A stretch of DNA of 14,463 nucleotides from Octopus sinensis (Eukaryota), in assembly GCF_006345805.1 (NCBI RefSeq), contig NW_021825761.1, positions 1-14,463 of the forward strand, read 5' to 3'. Shown piece after piece: positions 7,545 to 14,463 of this stretch. The translations under genes were made by a program, and so were the position numbers. The notes beneath the pieces are model-generated. The model saw only the letters and a list, made by a program, of their open reading frames with translations. It was not told the DNA's origin and searched no databases. Position 1 is the stretch's first letter. Every line of letters begins with the position of its first letter.

Positions 7545-7685
7545 AGGGCAGCAGGTTGGCAGAATCGGTTGAATGCTGGACAAAAGTACCTTGTGATAAT
7601 TAGTTACATACATTTAGATTCTGAGATCTAATCCTGACATGGTCAGGTTAAATACTGGGCTTGATTTGAATCAACTATAACCTCT
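7545..7685 (+). mobile_element. Degenerate SINE family A copy with internal deletion
   Basis: AGGGCAGCAGGTTGGCAGAATCGG head, TTCTGAGATCTAATCC, TACTGGGCTTGATTTGAATCAACT. Confidence 0.65.
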
Positions 7686-7688
7686 CAT

Positions 7689-7925
7689 GGAGGAACATGG
7701 CTTAGTGGTTAGGGTGTTGAACTCACGATTGTAAGATCATGGTTTCAATTCCTTGGTTGGGCAATGCATTCTGTTCTTGAGCAAAACATTCCATTTCATG
7801 TTGCTCAGATGGAAAAATGAGTAGCCTTGCAATGTACTGGCATCCCATCCAGTGGGGAGTATATACACCAGAGAATCTAGGGAAACCAGAACTCAGGGTC
7901 TGTATATACTCACAAAGGAGCCTAT
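7689..7925 (+). mobile_element. tRNA-derived SINE, family C
   Basis: A-box TGGCTTAGTGG (7698-7708) and B-box GGTTTCAATTCC (7741-7752), followed by TTCTTGAGCAAAAC and GTACTGGCATCCCATCCAG body segments. The 3' end is approximate. Confidence 0.8.
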
Positions 7926-8699
7926 AACCCCTTGTGCATCAAATTTGAGGCCTTGTACTTCAGTTAGGTCATGGAAGGAACGTGAAGTAAAGTTAAACTT
8001 GGAGAAGTTCGTTGGTTCTATTTCTAAGTGAGACATTGATGGGTGAGGCTTTCATATTTTTCGATGAAACATCCTTGATGTGACTGGGATTGTTGCAAAA
8101 GACTAAGTCATCCTCTTATCCATTTTGTTGTGTTTTTTGAAACAACAAACCAAGTTCTTATTTCTTCAAATTCTTTCTTAATATTAATGTAGTTATCAAT
8201 AGAACACCAAAAAAAAAAAAGAAAAAAAAAGGCAGAAATAGTAAGAAGCCCCTATTGTAGCCCATCCTTGGCTATCATAATCCATTCAAGTCATCCTAAC
8301 CCAGCTTACTATACACGATAACCCATCCTGGTTGCATTCTCTTACCCAACTGTCCCCACCCAGTTTTTACTTCCATCAGCAACCTCCGCATGCCTGGTGT
8401 TGTACTTTACCCCGCTTACAATCTTGGTAATGGAGAGACATTACGGCAACGGATCATTTATTTATTTGAATAATATGGGTGGTGGCGGTGGTGGTGGTGG
8501 CAGCGATGGGGAATATATATTTGATATTGAGGTGTTCATGAGATAATTAGGCCTTTCTGGAAACATGTTGATAATACAATGTAAACGGTTGATATTTTGT
8601 TAGCGCTTTGGTTATTAGTGTTGGTGGTGGTGTTGTTGTTGTTCTTGAATATATTGTGTCCGTTTTCCCTTCTCCCCCATTTTCTCTTATGCATATTTA

Positions 8700-9195
8700 C
8701 TCATATATATATAATGTATAAGCACACAAACGTACATATGCACACACAAAAAAAAAAGGAAGAAAAAAAACGTTTACTGCTTACAGCTACATGCACAAAA
8801 GCAGACGTGTACAGTAATACACATACATACATACATACCTACTTACATGCATACATACCTACTTACATGCATGTGCCCATATTCACACAGACACAGTTAT
8901 TCATTCATCCACACTTATATGTTGATGAGATGCAATCACATGCATAAATAGATTTGCATACATTGGCACAAATACAAACATGGATTTTTACAGATGCATT
9001 CAAATACAAATGTGTGTGAATGTCAATACATATGCATATATATATATGTATATGTGTGTGTGTGTGTATATATATATATACATACATGTATATACACATG
9101 TGTATATATATATACACACACATATATATATGTATATATATATATCTATATATCTATATGTATATACATATATATATATATATATAATCTATATG

Positions 9196-9234
<39 letters not shown>

Positions 9235-9347
9235 ATATGTAATATACATACATATATATATTATATATATCTATATGTATACATACATATATATATTTAT
9301 TGTATATATACATGTATAGATCTATATGTAAATGTACATACATACAT

Positions 9348-9396
<49 letters not shown>

Positions 9397-9430
9397 GATA
9401 TGTATGTATATGCATTCACACACACACACA
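8700..9430. repeat. Mixed (TA)n/(TACA)n/(CA)n low-complexity region
   Basis: Direct inspection; purest between about 9035 and 9430. Confidence 0.92.
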
Positions 9431-9944
9431 TTCATTTACTATCACACATGCAAATGGGTCTATACTCATAAATTCATTTATACACCCGATGCGCTTGTGC
9501 ACCACCCTCTACAATACCGACATATACATATACATACATGACTGTATATTTCATTCGACTCGTGTGAAAAAATTCTGGCAACATGTAAACACGGCGAAAC
9601 ATTTTTACAAAATGTAAACTTTGTGTATGCGTAATATTACACTGGTTTATTATTATACATGCGTAATATTATTTACTACACAGAAAATTTTTTACTAAGT
9701 GCATGGCTTCATGGCTTGTATAACGCTTGCCATATGCAGATGCTCTTTGCTTTCTTAAATGTAATGCATTGGCTTTCATGCATACATACACACTCAGACG
9801 CCTAATACAAAACCCCTGTGTATGTATGGTGACTGCTTCATAGTTTGTATCGGCGCTAAAAAGGCGTATGTGGTTAGAAAATGTTGATAACCACATGACT
9901 ATTGAGACATTGCTTGTTCTTCGGTTCATATGCGCAGACAGACT

Positions 9945-10225
9945 CTATCTATATATTTGTACATACATATATATATAAGTATATATGTATGTAAGTATAT
10001 TACATATATATGTACCAATATATATTTATATATATGTATATGTGTATGTTTGTATATTCTTTTATATTATTCACATAAAATTACATGTGTATAATATGAG
10101 TGGATATATATATACATATATGCATATACATATATGTGTGTATATATATATATCTGTATATGTATGTGTGTGTGATATATCTATATATGCAGATACATAG
10201 ATCTATGTATATAAATATGCACATA
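9945..10225. repeat. Degenerate (TA)n/(TG)n array
   Basis: Direct inspection. Confidence 0.9.
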
Positions 10226-10343
10226 CATGTGCATACGGAAGTAAAAAAAAAACCATTGCCCAGTGTGTAAGAAGCGCTAATTATGGTTTTAATCTTCTTG
10301 GAAAAAGCCTACAGTGATACATATATTTTCTACAAATGGTATG

Positions 10344-10385
<42 letters not shown>

Positions 10386-10644
10386 ATGTCAGTGTAAGAA
10401 AAAATGTTTACAGACATTTTTTTATCACGTGTATTGATCTTTCTGAAAGTAGTGAAATATTGCATGCTCTGTGTGTTATGCTGGTATATCATTGTGATAC
10501 AGTCATTGTTTCTGAGTTGCATGGCATTGGTAAGAATGTACAATGCCACCACAGGCACCTCGAATATGGAATGCACACAAAACCCATCCCTTCTCTCCTT
10601 GCTCATTTCTCTCACTTTCTCTCACTCTCACATACACATATGAG

Positions 10645-10657
10645 AATACACTCATGC

Positions 10658-10694
<37 letters not shown>

Positions 10695-10797
10695 ATATAT
10701 ATACATATTATAACCTAATATATTTATGTATTATGTATATGTACTATATAATTAATATATGTATATATTATAATTATATCCATTATATATAATATAA

Positions 10798-10848
<51 letters not shown>

Positions 10849-11010
10849 TATATATACATGTGTGTATTATATATCTTATATATATATAAATGCTTTATAT
10901 ATATTATATATGTAGTATGTGTAAATAATATATACTACAGATGTAATATATCTATAAATACGCATATGTATATATTTATTTATATATTATGTATTCAATA
11001 TATGTATATA
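10645..11010. repeat. (TA)n-rich array abutting the mariner TIR
   Basis: Direct inspection. Confidence 0.93.
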
Positions 11011-11037
11011 TTAGGTCATCAAGTATGAAATTTATAG
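11011..11037 (+). repeat. Mariner TIR (transposase 3' side)
   Basis: Exact reverse complement of 12248-12274. Confidence 0.97.
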
Positions 11038-11084
11038 AAAAGAAAAAAAAGTTTACTTATGTTTTATAAATACAAGGAATAGTT

Positions 11085-12084
11085 TTATTCATCAAAGTAT
11101 GTCAATACACTTTTGCCATTTCAGTGGTACCTTGTCCAGCCTGGATATGTAAAAGCCTGGCAATCTAGAGTCAATAAAATCTTGGAAGGCCTGGTTTACA
11201 GCATCATCGGAATTAAATTTTTATCCCATCAAAAAGTTATCCAAATTCTGGAAGATGTGGTAGTCAGTGGGGGAAAGATCCAGTGAGCATGGTGGATGAT
11301 GAAGATCTTCCAACTCCAACCCCTGTAGTTTCGCCAATATCACTTTTGTGATGTGTGGTCTGGCATTGTCTTGCAATAAAATAGGAGTGGATCTGTTGAC
11401 AAATCTAGGCTGTTTTTTTGCAAGCTTCTGCATCATTTGGTCCAGTTGGCTGCAGTATACTTCAGCCATGATTGATGAGCTTCATTTAATGAAATCATAT
11501 GGATCACACCTGTGCCAGACCACCAAACACACACCATCAGCTTCTTTTGCTTTTTGGACTGTGTTTTGGTGGTTCATCTTTGTCCAACAATTGTGCTGAA
11601 TGTTTACGATTGTTGTAGTGGATCCATTTCTCACCACATGTTAGAATTCAATTAAAAGTGATTCTTTTTTGTGACAAGAAAGTAGCATAATGCAAGCTTC
11701 CAAACGTTGCTGTTTCTGATTTTCATTGAGTTCATATGGAACCCACTAATCCAACCTTTTCACTTTACCAATTTGAACTAGGTGAGTCAATATCATTTGC
11801 TTGCTAACATCAGACAACAACGATAATTCACAGGCACTTTGAGATGGATCTGACTTGACAGCGGCTTTCAGTTCATCATTATCCACCCTTGTTTCTGGTC
11901 AACCACATTGCTCATTTGTGAGGTCAAAGTTACCAGAAGGAAATTGTGCAAACCAATTTGATAATATCTGCTGTGTAATAACATTAGAACGAAATACTTC
12001 ATTAACATTCCAAGCTGTTTGTGATGCTGTGTTTCCAAGAAAGAACTCATGTTTCAAAACTGTACGAATTTCTGACTTATCCAT
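11085..12084 (-). pseudogene. Mariner transposase pseudogene
   Basis: MDKSEIRTVLKHEF...WF..F.SGNFDL; WVPYEL (WVPHEL motif); TCGEKW (first catalytic D is G, 11633-11635); QDNARPH-[34 aa]-HPPCSLDLSPTDY (D34D); KWQKCID. Stops at 11899-11901, 11746-11748, 11221-11223 and others, plus several frameshifts. Confidence 0.95.
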
Positions 12085-12247
12085 CTCTAAACAAAAATAG
12101 CAGAAAACGATTCATAAATACTTTATAAAGTGCAAAATGAGATAGAATAAAGAAATAGATGTGTCAGCTTCCTAGCAAAAAATAAAGATTGTCAAAATAT
12201 AGTAATAGCACAAAATGAGCAGCTGTCAAAGTTTACCATATACCTTA

Positions 12248-12274
12248 CTATAAATTTCATACTTGATGACCTAA
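12248..12274 (-). repeat. Mariner TIR (transposase 5' side)
   Basis: Exact reverse complement of 11011-11037. Confidence 0.97.
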
Positions 12275-12604
12275 TATTACATAGATATATATATATCTAT
12301 CTCTCTCTATATATATATGTGTGTGTGCATGTGTATGCATGCAGAAACATACACACTATTTTTCATTGCAGCAAATCCTAGTGCACTGCAACTAAATGTA
12401 AATATTATCAACATTGCTGGAAAGGTTCATCTCATGATTTCTAAGTTTATCATTTCAACAAAGGTACAACATTGCTGTCGTTGCTGGGATTTTCTCTCCT
12501 TATTTTCACGAATGAGTAACTCTTTTCATTCACACTTTTTCTTCAAACTATTTCCTTTGAATTTTTTTTTTTAATTCTCGAAAAAAAAAAAAGAGAAAAA
12601 AAAT

Positions 12605-12640
12605 CTAATAATGATAATAATAATAATAATAATAATAATG
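12605..12640. repeat. (AAT)n microsatellite
   Basis: Direct inspection. Confidence 0.93.
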
Positions 12641-12718
12641 AACTAATTCTTTTTTGGAATATCTTGAAGCACACACATAAAGCTAGAAATAATAGCATGT
12701 AAGTATTGAATTGAAGTA

Positions 12719-12809
12719 TTGGATAGAAAAAAGTTGAAGGCTGCCTGTGGGCACAAACCTCATATCTCCTGTAGATTTGATAGGGCAGCATTCAACTTTT
12801 TCTGTCTGA
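12719..12809 (+). ncRNA. Long imperfect RNA hairpin (pre-miRNA-like or editing-substrate candidate)
   Basis: AAAAAGTTGAA-G-GCTGCC (12728-12745) pairs with GGCAGC-A-TTCAACTTTTT (12784-12801), extendable outward and inward with G-U pairs. The structure was folded by hand; any function is only inferred. Confidence 0.3.
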
Positions 12810-12927
12810 AAGGGATTTTTTACTCATTATTTGTATGTTGCTATTTGCAGATTTATGTGTGTAGTTCGAGATATTCCAAAACAGAATTGGTTCCCATTCT
12901 CCTGAAAATTCATTACTTCTTGATGTC

Positions 12928-12968
12928 AATAATAATAATAATAATAATTATTATGATAATGATGATGA
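12928..12968. repeat. (AAT)n/(GAT)n microsatellite
   Basis: Direct inspection. Confidence 0.9.
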
Positions 12969-13344
12969 TCCTATGATGCCATTTCAACCTATTAAGTATA
13001 GGCTTATGCAGATACAGGAAATTCCTTTGCTAAAATTTAGTAACTGAACTAATAGGCTTACAATAAAGTCAGGACTTGCACTTATTTATCGTGGAATGGG
13101 GACTCGATAGTTGGCTAGGGAGTGCTCCATACATTAAGAAGGCGATGTGAAGGGAGGGGTCATTTTAAGTGAAAGGAGGAGAAAAGATATATATATATAT
13201 ATATGTACATATATATACATATATATATATATATATTGCAATGGTGCGAGGTAAATAACTAAAGCCTGTTAACACAAGATCCTAAAAATAAAGAAAAAAA
13301 CTACCAAAGATTTTTTTTCAGTATGAATGTATGCATGTGTATGT

Positions 13345-13375
<31 letters not shown>

Positions 13376-13597
13376 ATTTTTAATATTTTTATCAAATCTT
13401 CTTTTTCCCTACCCCCATCTAAAAAATCATTTTTTTTTTTTTTACTTTACTTTTTTTGGCAAAGTTGAATAAAATATGTATATATGTAATGCATTTTCTT
13501 TTATTTAAATCTATCTCCTTCAATCAACGCTTCTCGTTCATTCTCTGATGAACTCTTCTTTAAATTACAATGTGTGGTCTTAAAATTCTGATATACA

Positions 13598-13640
<43 letters not shown>

Positions 13641-13641
13641 G
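13598..13641. repeat. (GT)n(GA)n compound microsatellite
   Basis: Direct inspection. Confidence 0.93.
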
Positions 13642-13690
13642 CATGTAAAGCAAAAGATCAGATTTTGCAAGGAAAATTTCAAGACCAAAC

Positions 13691-13762
13691 CTATTCTGTC
13701 ATTCTCTGTCCCCAGTTCTTTATTTTCCTTGTTATACAGGTAAGGTTCATTTACAGGTAAAG
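13691..13762 (+). other. Splice-signal cluster: polypyrimidine tract, CCCCAG|24 nt|CAG/GTAAGG, second TACAG/GTAAAG
   Basis: Pyrimidine tracts at 13691-13713 and 13716-13732; AG at 13714-13715 and 13738-13739; GT at 13740 and 13757. Confidence 0.35.
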
Positions 13763-13908
13763 CTCTTTGTGAAATAAGGAACCTTACCATCTATTTTAAT
13801 GTGCAATAAATAAATAGATAAATAAAAAAGTGAGGTCAATAATTTTAAGGTGAATCATTGTTAATAAAAAAAAACACAACATAAGACAGTTAAATAAATT
13901 ACAATTTC

Positions 13909-13936
13909 AATAATAATAATAATAATAATAATAATG

Positions 13937-13966
<30 letters not shown>
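13909..13966. repeat. (AAT)n microsatellite
   Basis: Direct inspection. Confidence 0.95.
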
Positions 13967-13968
<2 letters not shown>

Positions 13969-14463
13969 CACAATAACAAAAATAACATTAACGCTAATAA
14001 ATATTTAAAATTATTTTTATTTCTTTATTATTAATTAATTCTCTATTTAATGACTGAATATAAGAAGCATTAATTTTTTCCGTGTTTGTTGCTTTATTTT
14101 TATATAATCAAAGAAAAAGTTAGCGTGTGTGCGGTATTTGTACATATATGTGTTTAAACGTAGCTTGCGCCAGCCAAACTTACTATGCATAAAATACATA
14201 TATATATGTATATATATTATATATATATATATATATATATGGACACACACAAAGGGTTTATAAATTATCATAATCTCAATGAAATAACTAGATTATTCAG
14301 ACTCTCATTTCTATTCTGTTGTTGTTATGTTTGGCAAAAATCTAACAAAGACTGAATGACTTTTCTTGAAGAGTTACTAATATTGAGAGGTATGCAAATA
14401 CACATTGATATTGCATGCACCGATATACATACACATATACGTACACAAATACAAAAAAACCAA

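Larger units (their letters stand above)
11011..12274 (-). mobile_element. Full-length mariner DNA transposon (DD34D; cecropia/Hsmar1-like), 1264 bp
   Basis: Perfect 27 bp TIRs TTAGGTCATCAAGTATGAAATTTATAG (11011-11037) and CTATAAATTTCATACTTGATGACCTAA (12248-12274); TA target duplication at 11009-11010 and 12275-12276; internal transposase remnants. Confidence 0.96.

Noticed and set aside
7689-7760. Possible tRNA gene
   Set aside because: A and B boxes are present, but there is no clean acceptor stem and the sequence continues into a SINE body.
8040-8115. Minus-strand EDDLVF resembling the RT YADD motif
   Set aside because: The match is too short, there is an in-frame stop immediately upstream, and there are no other RT motifs.
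8255-8410. Recurring ACCCA/CCTAACCC motifs (telomere-like?)
   Set aside because: No regular period and no run of TTAGGG units; consistent with chance in C-rich sequence.
10522-10548. 8 bp hairpin TGGCATTG/CAATGCCA over a G|GTAAGA donor-like site
   Set aside because: Short stem, no strong acceptor defining an exon, and unrecognisable translations.
12281-12300. Perfect 20 bp palindrome ATAGATATATATATATCTAT beside the mariner TIR
   Set aside because: Mostly a self-complementary (AT)n run; expected frequently in this genome.
12372-12463. Candidate exon (TTTTTCATTGCAG|...AAG|GTACAA) joined to 12670-12698 and 12851 onward
   Set aside because: One frame is open, but the donor and middle acceptor are weak and the peptide (ANPSALQLNVNIINIAGK...MCVVRDIPKQNWFPFS*) matches nothing I recognise. 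It needs RNA-seq evidence.

Overview
Eukaryotic, AT-rich, repeat-saturated non-coding DNA. The repeat families and microsatellite load look like an octopus (coleoid cephalopod) genome; this is inferred from recognition, not from a database search. No intact protein-coding gene is supported, and almost all tracked ORFs are microsatellite artefacts. Contents: (i) about 11 copies of one tRNA-derived SINE family (family A), 10 on the + strand and mostly in head-to-tail trains joined by (TTA)n tracts; (ii) a second SINE (family B) split by a roughly 670 bp expanded or invaded internal microsatellite and fused head-to-head to an A copy; (iii) a third SINE (family C) with clear A and B boxes; (iv) a retroposon 3' end whose (GAT)n tail has grown into a roughly 700 bp higher-order array; (v) a 3'-truncated Tc1/mariner-superfamily transposase pseudogene with one terminus (6199-6914, -); (vi) a full-length 1264 bp DD34D mariner (11011-12274, -) with perfect 27 bp TIRs and a dead ORF. 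The most interesting unexplained signals lie in unique sequence: a roughly 90 nt hairpin inside an intron-like 152 nt segment (12699-12850), a juxtaposed 3'/5' splice-site module with a masking hairpin (13691-13788; recursive-splice or 24 nt microexon candidate), and two CpG-retaining islands. None is proven, and I found no evidence of a CRISPR-like or other prokaryotic system.
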